Shown here: piece after piece, positions 38,161-52,938 of the stretch
Layout: each line of letters opens with the position of its first letter
How positions within the stretch are numbered: the stretch's first letter is position 1
The notes under the pieces: model-generated
The model's database searches: none
Told to the model about the DNA's origin: nothing
The model's input: the letters and a program-made list of their open reading frames with translations, nothing else
Translations under genes and position numbers: made by a program
Assembly: GCA_951406725.2 (NCBI GenBank)
Contig: OX597816.1
Span: forward strand, 62,124,001-62,188,000
DNA: 64,000 bases
Source: Octopus vulgaris
Taxonomy: Eukaryota
Direction: 5' to 3'

Positions 38161-38848
38161 CATATATTGCTTCGCGCACTTGCGCTAGATCACCTAGCGC
38201 AAATTCTTGAAACAAAATGGACCTCACTAGATACACACATCACTCAATTGCTAGATGGCTGTGAATAATTGAACAATGGAATCATTCAAGCCACTCCAAA
38301 CTTGAAATTAAATTGATGAAATAACGAAAAGGCGAAACATGAGTCACGGCTTCATATAATTTCCGAAAGAACTTATCACAAGCATTATACAAAGATCAAA
38401 TTCTCAGCTTCCCAATGTGTCTCTGTAATAATCATGCAATAAAACATGACCGTAGGATATAGATAAGACAGAAACAAAGAAAAAAAAAGCGACAGCAATA
38501 TTAGGCGTCACGAATGACATAATCTAATCTGTATTTATAATGTATCTCATAATTTAAAGTATTCTAGAATTTTTCGAATAATATCAATAAGACAATGCAT
38601 TACGTTTTCTGACGGCAATGTTTATAATGAAAAAGATCTCGTTGATAAGAGTACCTTCAAATACGCATGTGACTGTGTGCGTTTGACTAAGTGCACGAGT
38701 GTGGGCATGTCTGTGTGCATGTATTTTATGCATGTTTGCTGCTTTATATATTTATACACATACATATACATACACATGCTCATCGACGCATTTATATATA
38801 TATATATGTACACACTCATACACACATATATATATATATGTGTTTGTG

Positions 38849-38904
<56 letters not shown>

Positions 38905-39164
38905 TTCACATGTATGTATGTATGTGTTTGTGTGTGTATATGGGTGTGTGTGTCTTGGAAATTGTACTGTGCTTGGAATAAACAAATCAATTTCTACTGT
39001 AATTTCTTAAATGCGATACAATATTTCAAGAAGTTTGAAATTTCTTTCACCATTATTATAAATGTTATATACGTCATTTTAAAAAAGTTTCATTTTATTT
39101 TATATCTATTTCCTATCAGATTTCTTTCTTTGAATTGTACAAGATACTCTATATCAGTTCGTAA

Positions 39165-39216
<52 letters not shown>

Positions 39217-39469
39217 GTGTGTGAGATTGTATGTGTTTATATACGAGCTTCTATGCTTCTAGTTTGAAGGAATTGTTTGTGTTCGATTGTACGCATGCAT
39301 GTAGCTACATGTAGGCGTACGTACTTGGGTTTGTGTGTATATGTTTAAGATACAAATTCACAAGTTGATATTTCCTGGATATTTACCTCCGAATTTCTTA
39401 TTTTCATTTAACGCACCTGTTATTTTTCTTCTTTATAAACATTTATCTTCATCATCATCATCATCATCA

Positions 39470-39531
<62 letters not shown>

Positions 39532-40118
39532 ATTATTACTATTATTATCATTAGATATAATTTAAAAGATTTTTTTTTATTTTCATTACTTTCTATTTTT
39601 ATTTCATCATGTCGGATTTTTTCTTGTTGTTTTCTTTCCTCCAAATTCAAGTGATTACTTTCAAAGTATTCTAAGCAATGTTACCAAGTGCAGGAATATT
39701 CATTAATGCAGTCTCGTTTGTCATGCAAATTAGATTTGACAACTTTTCATGCGTTCTTCTCTCTTCTTTTTCTATTATTATTATTATTATTATTGTTATT
39801 ATTTAAAAATAGTTTTTTTAATGTATTATTTTACTTACACAATTACGTATACATAAACATTAAACACACACATTCAAGATCATCAAGTTTAATCAGACAT
39901 TCATGCACACACGACGTTGCCGAGTAAAAGAATATTTCCAATTATCTTCCAAGTTTTATCATTATCTTTTTGGAAATATTTATCTTAATTTAATTTTGGA
40001 TTGATTACTCTGAAATACAATTTTTGTTGTTGTTTCGTGAATTGATTTTGTTTTTGTCATTGTTAGCGTAGTTGGTTTTTGAGGGTAGGGGAAAGACGAG
40101 GCTGTTTCTTTTCAATTG

Positions 40119-40151
<33 letters not shown>

Positions 40152-42007
40152 CTTTTTGTTTTCACCTTTCTGTATGAACAACAAACAAATTTTTGAATTC
40201 AAAATTTTCATTCTCAAACAATTGTTTAATAACAACATGTTTGATTCCAGACTGGCTAGCACCAACATTTATCAAAATAATTCAATGCTTTTCATGGCCC
40301 CTGCTGCGCATAATGTTGTCGATGTGGTTGAACCCTAGAAGACCTACACTCAAATTAATTCCAGCGGAGGTCATCCAGTGACCATCGTTGACTTTGGATG
40401 ACATGGTTTAATGAGCCCTTTTTAAGAGGTGGGGATGTAATTTGAAAAACATTTGACTATCAGTTCTTGTAAGATGATCGACCGAAGAACGACTTCTTTT
40501 AATTTTGATGCTGTTTGTGCTATTGTTGTTTCCGAAGTTACTTTTTCTTGTTTATGACCGCCTCTTACGCAATTACGCATTTCTTTTCTTCCGAGATAAT
40601 TTAGATGTAATATAATAAAGATCGATAATCCGGGTTGCGCAATTTAAAAATAATTACTGTCATTTCCATAGCTGTTGTTACTATTCTTACTGTTTTTGTT
40701 GTTTCTACTGTTGGAGTTTGTTTTTGTTAGTCTCACGTCAAAGCTTACCGAGGATGCTTATTATGATTGAAGGCGTTCCACACATGACTATTCCATCTTT
40801 TATCAGTTATCTTATCCCCGATTACATGACCCTAACTATCAGTCTTTCTTTAAAACGTTAGGACTTATTTCAAGGATATTTAGGTGATGCTTCTTGCAAG
40901 TCGACCGGCCATACAAAGGCTACCTCATTAGTCTTTTCTCTAATAGCTATGTAGCTGCATCACAACCCTGATCGAATACAAACATTCCAACTGTGAGCTC
41001 ACTGTCTTTTGGGGGACACATTCATCTACATTCTCTAATGGTGTGTTGCTGGCTATAATTTTAGGGATATTTTGCGGCTACTTTTAACTAGTCGAGCGCC
41101 CACATAGATTCCTCTTGTTTTTGTTGTTTTGCTTCTCCGACTCTCTTCTGACTATAGTAGCTGTAGCTGCGATTTCTCCTTATTGATGGTATCGTAAGAG
41201 AATACGGAATACTACCATACTACTACTTCCTACTTCGTTGTATTTGTTATTGAAGATATTGTCAGAATGGATTGTGTGTATTTCTCGAGCTTTTGCTATG
41301 TTAAACGATTGAAAGTCACGTTTCCAAGGAGATATAGCGTAAATCTATCATTGATGTTTCCCCCAATTGATGACATTGAGAGCAGCATTACAAAACCAAG
41401 TAGGAATCGACAATTCTATAGCGTCACTACTATACTTAATTCGATAATGTTTATCAGAGATATAATACAGCAACCCTGATAGGATACGATCTTTCTATAA
41501 TATTGTCATTAGGATGATCCAATGCGTTATCTAATTCGTTTTCTACCTTTCATTCTATTCCCTTCAGCTCACCGTCATTGATTGCAGTCAGTTGTTGTAT
41601 TCATCGTTTCAGTACTCAAGTAGGTTACATGCTTCATTGAGATATTTGACGACATTAATTTGACAGAGTTTTGGGAGAACTCTTGAAAGGGCTTCCGCTT
41701 TTCAGCACGATGATTGGGAATACATGACCTAGAATGCAGTTCCTTTAAAAAGCGGTAGAGAGCGGTTTGATGGGTATTAGGGTGTAGATTTTAGCAAATC
41801 GAACGACATTTTTGAGAGATGCATTCTTATTCGCAAAATTTGAAGAATGAGACGAACCTTTATCTGGCACTATAACGGTTATACAATCCTTTGCCATACT
41901 TGTTTATCAATAAAACATACTTATGGTTATGGTTAGTGACGTGGCGGAAGCAATAAAGCAGCGAAGTAAATGCTTCACTATATATATATATATGTATATA
42001 TATATCA

Positions 42008-42195
42008 GTCGCCATGATAGATCGTTAGCCACTACACACATTTTTTTCTCTCCCTGTTTTTCTGTGTCCCTTTCTGTAGAAGAGCGTAGGCTCGAAACGT
42101 AAAATAATTTCTATTCCTGAGCGTTATACTAATACATCTGTTTCTTTTCTATACCACCTGTCTTCGTCTTTTGTTTTTTTCGTAAACTCCCCCTA
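42008..42195 (+). mobile_element. solo ~190-bp PLE terminus with an HHR-like motif (42071-42104), inside (TA)n
   Basis: cgccatgatagatcgttagc...ctgtagaagagcgtaggctcgaaacgtaaaa...ctcccc(TA)n. Homologous to 32055-32250. Confidence 0.8.
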
Positions 42196-42215
42196 TATAT
42201 ATATGTATGTATATA

Positions 42216-42256
<41 letters not shown>

Positions 42257-42769
42257 CCATGCATATTCGTATTTATAACTAGCATCGAATTTGACTGCTT
42301 TTCTTCCTTCTGGGTTCCATATAATCATAAATACCAATAAATACATTGGAACTGAATCCCAAAGATATTTAGTGCTCTGTCTGATTGGATACGGGTACCA
42401 TCCTGGTCAGATTGTTTTGTTTTTTTTATTATAGCCTCAGGTTGATACAAGTCTTTTGAAAGAAACTAGGCTGATGGAAAGAGGAAACTGTATAGAAGCC
42501 GGCTACATGTTACTATTAATTCAAAGATCTGGTTCCGTCACCTATTATGTTACTCTGATTCCACTGTGTGCCTGTTAGATACTCAGTTATTTCTACATTA
42601 ATCAAACGGAAATGAATTTAGTTGGAGAAATAAATGAATTCTCATAAAGGATATATAAAGATCAGAAACAATAACTCTGATGAGGTCTAACTCAAGAATT
42701 TTGGAGAAGATTTAGGAAAATGTGAACATTGTTTATTCTGTGAAAATCAGTAATTGTTTCACATTTTGT

Positions 42770-42955
42770 ACAAAACCAGCCGATTTGAAAGTTGGGGGTT
42801 AGCGGATTCTATATCAACCTCGGCGTTGACTTCATCGATCACGGTAGGATGTAAAGCAGAGTCGTCATCAGCGGAATTTGTAGTCAAAACATAAAGAGCC
42901 GGAAGACATAAAGCAAAGCATTTTCTTCAGTACGCTAGCTATTCTACCGGCTCAC
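42770..42955 (-). mobile_element. old SINE A-related copy
   Basis: ggatgtaaagcagagtcg...gcggaatttg...aagcatttt...ccggctcac. Confidence 0.55.
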
Positions 42956-43087
42956 TGATCTCCTGAACATTAATAATCTATGCTAAAATGGTGAAAGCTT
43001 TTCGTTAGTTGGAATTATTTTACTTTAATTAAAAGAAAGCAATTATTAAACGCTTGAATATCTGGAAAACTTTATACACTCCACTTC

Positions 43088-43308
43088 TCTCTCTTTACTT
43101 GTTTCAGTAATTTGTCTGCAGCCATGCTGGAGCACCGCCTTTAGTCGAGCAAATCGACCCCATGACTTATTTTTTGTAAGCCTAGTATTTATTCTAACGG
43201 TCTCCTTTGCCGAACCGCTAAGTTATGGGGATGCAAACACACCAGCATTGGTTGTCAAGCGATGTTGGGGAGACAAGCACAGACACACAAACACACACAG
43301 ACACACAG

Positions 43309-43341
<33 letters not shown>

Positions 43342-43512
43342 CATATATACGACGGGCTTCTTTCAGTTTCCGTCTGCCAAATCCACTCACAAGGCTTTGG
43401 TCGGCCCGAGGCTATAGTAGAAGACACTTGTCCAAGGTGCGACGCAGTGGGACTGAACCCGGTACCATGTGGTTAGTAAGCAAGCTACTTACCACAGAGC
43501 CATTCCTGCGCC
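43088..43512 (-). mobile_element. SINE family B with an internal microsatellite
   Basis: Reverse complement of 46247-46640. Confidence 0.88.
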
Positions 43513-44274
43513 TAATAAATTTTTATCTAATATTTTTTTTTATCAAAATGTGGTTCTGTTGTCGATTTCTTCATCAAAACCAGTGTTTTTTAACCATTTT
43601 CTATCTAAGGATCCCTCTTATTCCTATTTTACAGAACTGGTCGCTCCTAGCCATTCTATATCTAAAAAATCAATTATTTTTATAACTAAACATTATTATT
43701 TCGTTTTGGGATTTGGTTTGCAAGATTCTTTATGTGAGTTCGTGTCTTGAAGCATATTCTGGTGTGTCTGGGGAGAGTCATTTTCTTTTTGTGCCTTATA
43801 ATTCAACACACTCACCGGTCAAGACTATTGAAAAGGTTGCAAGACGCAACGAAAATTTTAGGAAAATAGAAATAAGAAATAAGTGGAAATTTTACCGGTA
43901 AGTGCCCAGACACAACAGAATAAACATTATTAGGAATTGTTTAAAAAGATTGTCAAAACATTTTTTGTAGCATTGTAGAGGTATAACCAATTATTTATAA
44001 CTAATAGAACTAATTATTCAGTGATAGTGTTTTGATATTTTAGATATGAATAAGAAAAGAAATGGAGGTAATCGCGTCATCGCACTGAATTTCGAATTAG
44101 AAATTTCTCCTCGTCTTTAAAAACCCTCTTCATTTAATATGTGCATGAAGGATAAACTAAATGGTGGTTTGCTTTCTTCAAAACTGCAACCAAATCGCCC
44201 TCAATTCATACTTCGTTATATAATGCAAATACTCATTAGTTAACACACATAAACACACACACACATATATGTAT

Positions 44275-44575
44275 GCGTATGGCTGAGTGGTTAGGGGGAT
44301 GCACTCACGATTGCGAGATCGTGGGTTCGATTCTCAGACCGGGTATTGCGTTGTGCTCTTGAACGAAGCACTTCACTTCGTGTTGCTCTGCGATCATTTC
44401 GACATCTGATATGTGGTACCCAGTTGCACCTGTACAGGTAATGCCGATTTGATGGAGGGAGGAGGCGTATGTCTACAGAAACAGTTGATCACAATAAACA
44501 AATCATCTGCGTGGTTGTTCAGTACGAAACTGTCGCATCCTCATACCTCGTCTAACGACGAGAGAACCCATTATA
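44275..44575 (+). mobile_element. tRNA-derived SINE, family C-related
   Basis: TGGCTGAGTGG A box, GGTTCGATTC B box, continuing into a SINE body. Confidence 0.7.
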
Positions 44576-44627
<52 letters not shown>

Positions 44628-44832
44628 AGGCGAGGACCGAAATCCTTCAAAAGGATGCCAAACATCCAAGTCAGCCGGTACAGTCCAAGTAAAGAATATA
44701 TATAAAAATATATATTCAATATTTGCAACAAACAGTAAATGAAATATAAGGAAAGGAAAAAAAAAATTGGAAGTGTAGACGAACTTTAATTCAATTGAAA
44801 TCCAAGTTGGTACAGAACCAATATATAGTCTG

Positions 44833-44917
44833 CAAATTGTTTCGGAGTCTAATTAATTCCAAAGACAAAGTCGAAAAACTCTTCATGAAATACAAATTAG
44901 ATTCCTCATCAGGAATT
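44833..44917 (-). ncRNA. degenerate HHR with a long stem II
   Basis: Minus strand CTGATGA-GGAATCTAATT...AATTAGACTCC-GAAACAATT. About 200 bp upstream of (TA)n in element orientation. Confidence 0.5.
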
Positions 44918-45964
44918 ACATACTAGTATGAATGATTACGACCAACAAATATATGCAAAGACCTTTCGTAACCCAGACGTGAACAAATAAATGAAAGATA
45001 ACAAGGATGCCAAATATTCAAAAGTAGAAAAAAAATCTATATATATAAATGTACCAATGTAAAATTAGTAATATGGTAAAATAAAAATCAAAAAACAAAT
45101 CTTGTTTACAAAATAGTCTACTACAAGTAAAACATTAGAACAGCTAAAGAGAGACAATAGTATTAGTGAAGGGAGAGGAGAGAAAATGCAATACAGTAAA
45201 AGGGAGGCGGAGAGAGTAATAGCCATGACTGAGAGAGTGAGAGAAATTAAGGACCGTTTGAGAAAGAAGACTGCGGAGTGTATCTTCTGTACTCAACAAA
45301 CGAATTAGAAAGGAAGGGTCGAATAAAGTAAAAGACAGCTATTCAACTGTGTGTGTGTATACGTATGTATATGAAAAAGGGAGGTATGTGAATGTTTGTG
45401 TGTGTGAACGTGCGTGTGTGTGTGGGGGAGATGTGTCAGTGTGTGCGTGCGTAATGGAAACGGTTGCATGCGTGTGTAATGGAAAAGTACAACTCTGAAG
45501 AATGCTTGTATCTGTGATTATTCTGTACTTCATTTTATATCTTGTTTAAATAATAATTAGCCATCAACTATAAACGGCACGGGGTCAACTAGTAAATAAA
45601 CAAAGAAATAGCACACACATATATATAGGGATGTATGCATATATTGATATATTATTTTTTTTTTTTGCTGTCATTCAAGGGCTGGAGTTATTTTGAAGTC
45701 CTTCGCTTACCCTCTGAGAACGGTAAGATCGATGACATTAATTATCCTCCATGAAAATTTGAATGCTGTAAAAATATTTGTAGGACGGAATCTCCAAAAG
45801 GCTGATGTTTTGGAAAGGAACGCCTGTTCGTATTGGCCAATCTAGTGTCTGGTATTTGGTGTTTACATATTAGTGAGGCACTTTTCAATAAACAAATAAA
45901 TAAAAATTAAAATTATTGAAATTTTGGTATATTTCTCTCATTATTAATGAGAAGCTATGTTAAG

Positions 45965-46140
45965 CGACGAGCTGGCAAGGTTGTTAGGGCGACGGGCAAA
46001 CTGTTTAGAAAAATTTATTCCAGCTTTTAACATTCGAAATTCAAATCCTGCCGAGGTCAACTTTGCAGTTCATCCTTTCTGGGTCGGCAAAGTAAGTAGC
46101 AGCTAAACAATGGAGTCGAAGTAATCGCCTTAAAATCACC
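45965..46140 (+). mobile_element. diverged SINE A
   Basis: gagctggcaagg...ttcaaatcctgccgaggtcaactttg...catcctttctgggtcg. Confidence 0.7.
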
Positions 46141-46246
46141 CCTAAAAAAGATAAAACAAAGCTTGCGTTCATATAATTCTGCTTTGTTCTCAGTGATGTT
46201 GGACAATTTTACAGGAAAGCATCTTAATTTTATAAAATATAACAAT

Positions 46247-46640
46247 AGGAGCAGGAGTGGCTGTGTGGTAAGTAGCTTGCTTACCAACCACATGGTTCCG
46301 GCTTCAGTCCCACTGCGTGGCACCTTGGGCAAGTGTCTTCTACTATAGCCGACCAAAGCCTTGTGAGTGGATTTGGTAGACGGAAACTGAAAGAAGCCCG
46401 TCGTATATATGTATATATATATGTGTGTGTGTATGTTTGTGTGTGTATGTTTGTTCCCCTAGCATTGCTTGACAACCGATGCTGGTGTGTTTACGTCGCC
46501 GTCACCTAGCGGTTCGGCAAAAGTGACCGATAGAATAAGTACTGGGCTTACAAAGAATAAGTCCTGGGGTCAGTTTGCTCGACTAAAGGCGGTGCTCCAG
46601 CATGGCCGCAGTCAAATTACTGAAACAAGTAAAAAGAGTA
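46247..46640 (+). mobile_element. SINE family B, full length
   Basis: Head tggctgtgtggtaag...ttcagtcccactg, internal (TA)/(TG) tract, tail ctgaaacaagtaaaa. Several copies in the window. Confidence 0.88.
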
Positions 46641-47350
46641 AATGTATCCGCCATCTTTTCAATCCTTGCAAGATCATATATCGCCTAACAAAAGCGCTGA
46701 TATATAGAACGCATTACATAATGTAGTCGTATTTAACTCTAAAAAAACCTAAACGATGGCCATGGATGGAAAGCCTTTGATTATAAAATTCCACCATCAA
46801 GACCGAGATGGGGTTAAAAAATGACAACATTTCGAATATAACAGCTAAACAACAACATCAATATCAACATATTTTTTTTGATTTAAGAACGAAATTACTG
46901 AACACATTTTTATTTGCGATTCAATTAGACGACGGTGAAAGAAAATTTTATGTATGAATGAATAATTGGTAGAAAACTTTTAAAGCAGGCTTTATTATTT
47001 TTATTATTGTAGTTCCTTTTTTTTTTGCTGGGGGAGGAATAGAAAGCTAATTTGAAATAGCTATTGCATGTTAGAACACCAGTTATCTGCAACATAATAT
47101 TCTCATTCATCCATAGGAGAAAAAAAAGAAACAAGCAGAGAAAAAGAGAAAAAGAGGGAAAACACACAAACAAGAAAACAGAAGTTTGCAATAAAGGTAT
47201 AGTGCACACACACACACACGCGCGCGCGCACACACACATACATATGCATATATTTATATGTATATTTGTGTATATATATATAGATAGATAGATATTTATA
47301 TATATATATGTATATATATATGCATATATATGTATGTCTATATATGCAAG

Positions 47351-47382
<32 letters not shown>

Positions 47383-47396
47383 TATATATATATATA

Positions 47397-47458
<62 letters not shown>

Positions 47459-47581
47459 ATGAATATATATATAGTCGTTCAACATTGATGAATCACTCTG
47501 TCCCTATTTCGAGTTTCCGATGTGCAGTTGTTCAGAAGACAATGAAACGTATCGATGGTACATCTCCATTCACGCACACAG

Positions 47582-47617
<36 letters not shown>

Positions 47618-48248
47618 CAACACACGCACGCACACACACACACACGCGCGCTTGCGCAACGTGCTTCATCTGCTGAAGAATGTATGCGTTATGTAAGAGT
47701 GCGTCTGTGCAGGTGTTCGTATACGTGATTGTTCGCGGGGTCTAGATATGTTTGGCTTTGTGCGATGCGTGTGTGTGAGTGTGTGTGTGTGTGCCGGGAA
47801 AATCTTTCACAAGAAAGAAAGGTAAAACTAATAACGATGATGACTATGTCGACGGTGACGACAGCAACAATGTCGAAAAGAAAAGATGACAAATAGAGAC
47901 TGCGAGAGAGAAAGGGAAAGAGAAAGACAGAGAGAGGAAGGAAGAGAGCGAAAGAGGCGAAACCCAATAGCTAATTATCAACATGCCCAATAGAAGATTG
48001 CCGTCTTATTAAAATTGTTACTTAGTGAAAAAGGGGGGAAAAAACTGAACGTTGTTTCATCACATTCCTTGTATTGCGTCACAAGGAAAACGCTAAAAAA
48101 ATTGTTCTTGATCTGATTGGTAAAAATTATCTTTTCTTTGTTTTATATATGTAATATCATTGCCGTAATATCATTGCCTCATATTGATGAATTGTCTCGG
48201 GGAAGCAATGGGAGTAGATGGGGATAAAGATATCTGGATTTTATATGC

Positions 48249-48285
<37 letters not shown>

Positions 48286-48384
48286 CATATATACCTGGGT
48301 ATTATATGCGAGAAATATACCTGGGTATTATATGCGTGTATATATATATATATACACACACACACACATGTACATATATACACA

Positions 48385-48783
48385 TTCTTTTCTACTCTAG
48401 GCACAAGGCCCGAAATTTGGGGGGAGGGGGACAGTCGATTAGATCGACTCCAGTACGCCACTGGTACTTAATTTATCGACCCCTAAGGGATGAAAGGCAA
48501 AATTGACCTCGGGGGACTTTGAACTCAGAACGTAAGGTCAGACGAAATACCTATTTCTTTACTACCCACAAGGGGCTAAACACAGAGGGGACAAACAAGG
48601 ACAGACAAACAGATTAAGTCGATTACATCGACCCAAGTGAGTAACTGGTACTTATTTAATCGACCCCGAAATGATGAAAGGCAAAGTCGACCTCGGCGGA
48701 ATTTGAATTCAGAACGTAACGGCAGACGAAACACGGCTACGCATTTCGGCCGGCATGCTAACGTTTCTGCCAGCTCACCGCCT
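48385..48783 (-). mobile_element. SINE A head and body fused to a second body with a different tail
   Basis: Same gacgaaatacc|tatttcttt junction as the 0.3-1.3 kb array. Confidence 0.85.
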
Positions 48784-48806
48784 TAACACATACATATATT
48801 TGTATG

Positions 48807-48879
<73 letters not shown>

Positions 48880-49236
48880 CAGCATGTATGTCTGTCTACA
48901 TATATAAATATTATATAGACATGGGCGCGCGTGCTCACAGACGCACGTGCGCGCGAATACAAGCATATGCGAAAATTATTTCTCGGTGTCCTATTTAATG
49001 TTCGATCCGCTTGTATTTCTCTGTCCCTAACTGGACGACTTATATAACCAACAGGACGACCTATAATACCTGATGTCAACCATTGCTATGATACGGCATT
49101 ACAAGGCTGATCATCTGCAGCTATGGCTAATCATATGCTGTGACTGACGTGTTGAAAACTCACCAAATATATATGCCGCCTCCGAGGAAACTCGAGATAA
49201 ATATGAGAAATTTTCTTTATGCTTTATATTTATGAT

Positions 49237-49615
49237 ATACTAGCAGTAACGCCCGGCGTTGCTCGGGTTTGTAAGGGAAATAACTATAAAGCATTTTTAG
49301 AGAGTTATAGCCAAAAAATAGCAAAAAAAATGATGGTAAATTTTTTTTTGATAGTTAAAAAGGTCGAGTTGCGTCCCCTAGACCATCTGTGGTTTGTGTT
49401 TCTGATTGTCGACCCCATGTCGAATTTATCGATCTTTTTCAGAACTGGGGGAACTTTTCAAAATTTTCGCTGCGTTAGTTTTGAATTATGACATTGGGTT
49501 ATGTGTGTGTCAAGTTTCATCAGAATCGGTTGAAAGCCGTGGTCAGGGTGAGGGTACAAGCAAACAGACACACAGAAACACACACAGACAAACTGCCGTT
49601 TATATAGAGAGAGAT
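49237..49615 (+). mobile_element. non-autonomous Helitron/Helentron-like element
   Basis: 5' ATACTAGCAGTAACGCCCGGCGTTGCTCGGG hairpin. 3' caagtttcatcagaatcgg...(CAGA/CACA)n...tttatatagagagat. This architecture recalls Lep1/HINE-type elements. Confidence 0.55.
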
Positions 49616-50131
49616 ATCTTTTTTTTTTTTTGTTTCTAACTAGTTTAATTCCCAGAGGCGTAACACTGGTCTTAGCTCCAGTTAGCTGCTGGATCGTTGA
49701 GCCTTTTCAATGATTTTTACATCGGGATAAAAAAAACTGTGCTGCCGAAATTAATTTCGAAGTGAGATCGTTAACAAACTAAATATATTTATGATATCAT
49801 TTTAAACGTTGGTCATTCTGCATCTGTTATGCATAGAAAGTTTACATTCTTCCGCGTGGAAAGATTAATTAATGCTTTTACTAATTGCCAAATACTTTTG
49901 AGCATCACGCAACGAACGTAATATAAAAATATAACACAAACCAAATATCATCTTGAGAAATTTTTGCGTTATTTCCACCTGTTACGTATTCTAAAACAAA
50001 TACAGGATATGCTAAAGCAACATGCTAGCAAAATAGTAATATATCAAATCTTACACATTATTACATAATATCGTTCTCACCGTATCACCTGCAGTTTGTT
50101 ATAAACCTGAGAGTGTCTCCGGGGTGAAACG

Positions 50132-50261
<130 letters not shown>

Positions 50262-50339
50262 ACATATATATATATATGTATATCTATTTGTACATATATA
50301 CGCACACACATACATACATACAAACATACATATGCATAT

Positions 50340-50397
<58 letters not shown>

Positions 50398-50422
50398 ACA
50401 TATATGTGTGTATGTATATGTA

Positions 50423-50458
<36 letters not shown>

Positions 50459-50512
50459 TGTATGTATGTATGTATGTATGTATACACACGTACATGCATA
50501 TATATATATATC

Positions 50513-50693
50513 CAGGCGTGGATGTGTGGTGAAAAGTTTGTTTCTGAACGGCATGGTTCCGTGTTCGGCCAGACTGCGGGGCACAATGGCCTGGTATTTT
50601 CTGCCCTAGCCTCGACTCGACCAAAGCTTTGTAGATGCATTTAGTAGACTGAAACTGAAAGAAGTTCGCCGTATATATGTACATATGTACACT

Positions 50694-50731
<38 letters not shown>

Positions 50732-50985
50732 GATACACACACACACGCACACACATATATACACACATGTATATATATATGTGTATATAATCCATGTGTG
50801 TTTCTGTGTGGCTTTCTGTATGTGCTTGTCCCCACCAACCTCACCAACACTAGACAACCTGTGTCGGTGTGTTTACGTCCCTGTATATTAGCGGTTCGCA
50901 AAAGAGTCCGTTATAGTAAGCAACAGGTTTCAAGTAAAACTAATTCGCCAAGCATGGCCGCAGTCTGATGACTGAAACAAGTGAT
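50513..50985 (+). mobile_element. SINE family B, diverged
   Basis: Aligns with 46247-46640. Confidence 0.8.
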
Positions 50986-51313
50986 AACGATACACACACA
51001 CACACATATATGTTACTATTTTTTGCGGTTTTGAGTTTTAGCTGCTCTTTTCAAGTGAGTCGAACGACCTTCTCAGGGTCATTCCTTAATATTTTGTTGA
51101 GTATATATATATATATATATATGCAGTGTAATGTAAGCAAGTTTAACTTTTTAACGTAAGTGGAGAATTATTTTATTCTATGTTTTTATATGTATGTAAA
51201 ATAAAATATAACAATCCCTTTTCAAAGGATAAATGATTTTCTATCATAGTTCAATTGAAAACAAACTGGTATACGCATTCTCAAGGAGAGTCTAGTATGC
51301 ATATATATTTTTA

Positions 51314-51466
51314 GCTGTGTGGTAAGTAGCTTGCTAACCAACCACATGGTTCCGGGTTCAGTCCCACTGCGTGGCATCTTGGGCAAGTGTCTTCTTCTAT
51401 AGCCCCGGGCCGACCAATGCCTTGTGAGTGGATGTGGTAGACGGAAAGTGAAAGAAGCCTGTCGCA

Positions 51467-51513
<47 letters not shown>

Positions 51514-51725
51514 TTGTGTGTCTGTGTTTGTTCCCCTAGCATTGCTTGACAACCGATGCTGGTGTGTTTACGTCCCCGCCACTTAGCGGTTCGGCAAAAA
51601 GGGACCGATAGAATAAGTACTGGGCTTACAAAGAATAAGTCCCGGGGTCGATTTGCTCGACTAAAGGCGGTGCTCCAGCATGGCCGCAGTCAAATGACTG
51701 AAACAAGTAAAAGAAAAAGAAAAAG
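51314..51725 (+). mobile_element. SINE family B, young copy
   Basis: Nearly identical to 46260-46640. Confidence 0.9.
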
Positions 51726-52004
51726 AATATAACAAAAGTGAGAAAGATAGAAGGCAACAAAGAAAAATGAGTCACATGTTACTTCGAGTCTTTTGTATAG
51801 GAAGGAAGCGTTTGTACATACGTTTTTGTGTTTTGTGGCTGAAAGGTTTTTTTTTTGTTTTTAGAATGTACATATACATATTTAGATTTGGTAATACAAA
51901 CCGGAAAATATAACGCAAAATATGCGTATATATTTTCTCTTATTAAACAGTAGAAGTTCATATCTTATCTAAAATAACAATTACTTAACCATTTTCTCAC
52001 ACCG

Positions 52005-52050
52005 TCTCCGATGAAGGGATATATAAAATATCCCGGGAACAGCTGTAAGA
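52005..52050 (+). ncRNA. degenerate minimal HHR
   Basis: TCT-CCGATGA-A-GGGATAT ATAAA ATATCCC-GGGA-ACAGCTGT-A-AGA. GAAA is mutated. (TA)n lies ~80 bp downstream. Confidence 0.5.
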
Positions 52051-52127
52051 ACTTCTTTTTGTTCTAAAATCTTTCACAGCCTTGGATTTTTATCTCATTC
52101 TGAAATCTTTTTAATATATACATGCAT

Positions 52128-52166
<39 letters not shown>

Positions 52167-52167
<1 letters not shown>

Positions 52168-52938
52168 GAGAATGAAGCAACAAGAATGAATATGTTTTTA
52201 GTACAATCGTTTCATACAAGGACAGGCTTTATTAAAAGTTGCAAAAATTACAGCATATAAACGTGTCCCGTACTCATCAGCTAAAATACATGTGAGTTCT
52301 CTAGACATCCTAGTGGTTGAGGCTATACTCATGAAGTAATGTAGATAATTAAGTAACATAAACAGATTTCAAAAGTTCATTAAAGTTCTTTAAAGATGAT
52401 GTACAGTCTTATCACAGAATTTTAAAAAAGTTTTAATAGCATCACAGAGAAGGTGACCTAATCCATAGTGCACATATGAATTTCCAGAGAAATTCATATG
52501 GAAATTCATATGTGCACTATGGATTAGGTCACCTTCTCTGTGATGCTATTAAAACTTTTTTAAAATTCTGTGATAAGACTGTACATCATCTTTAAAGAAC
52601 TTTAATGAACTTTTGAAATCTGTTTATGTTACTTAATTATCTACATTACTTCATGAGTATAGCCTCAACCACTAGGATGTCTAGAGAACTCACATGTATT
52701 TTAGCTGATGAGTACGGGACACGTTTATATGCTGTAATTTTTGCAACTTTTAATAAAGCCTGTCCTTGTATGAAACGATTGTACTAAAAACCTATTCATT
52801 CTTGTTGCTTCATTCTCGCTTATAATCACCCCACATTACTGTATTGTTAAATCAGTATAGTTTTTTTTTTGGTGCATCTAAGTTAGGTACCATATTCAAG
52901 TAAATTCATTTAAATTAACTTGAATCTTTATTGCTTTT

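Noticed and set aside
42676-42725. CTGATGA...GAAA here, and similar at ~12809 and ~53553
   Set aside because: Stems I-III could not be formed convincingly, so these are not counted as hammerheads.
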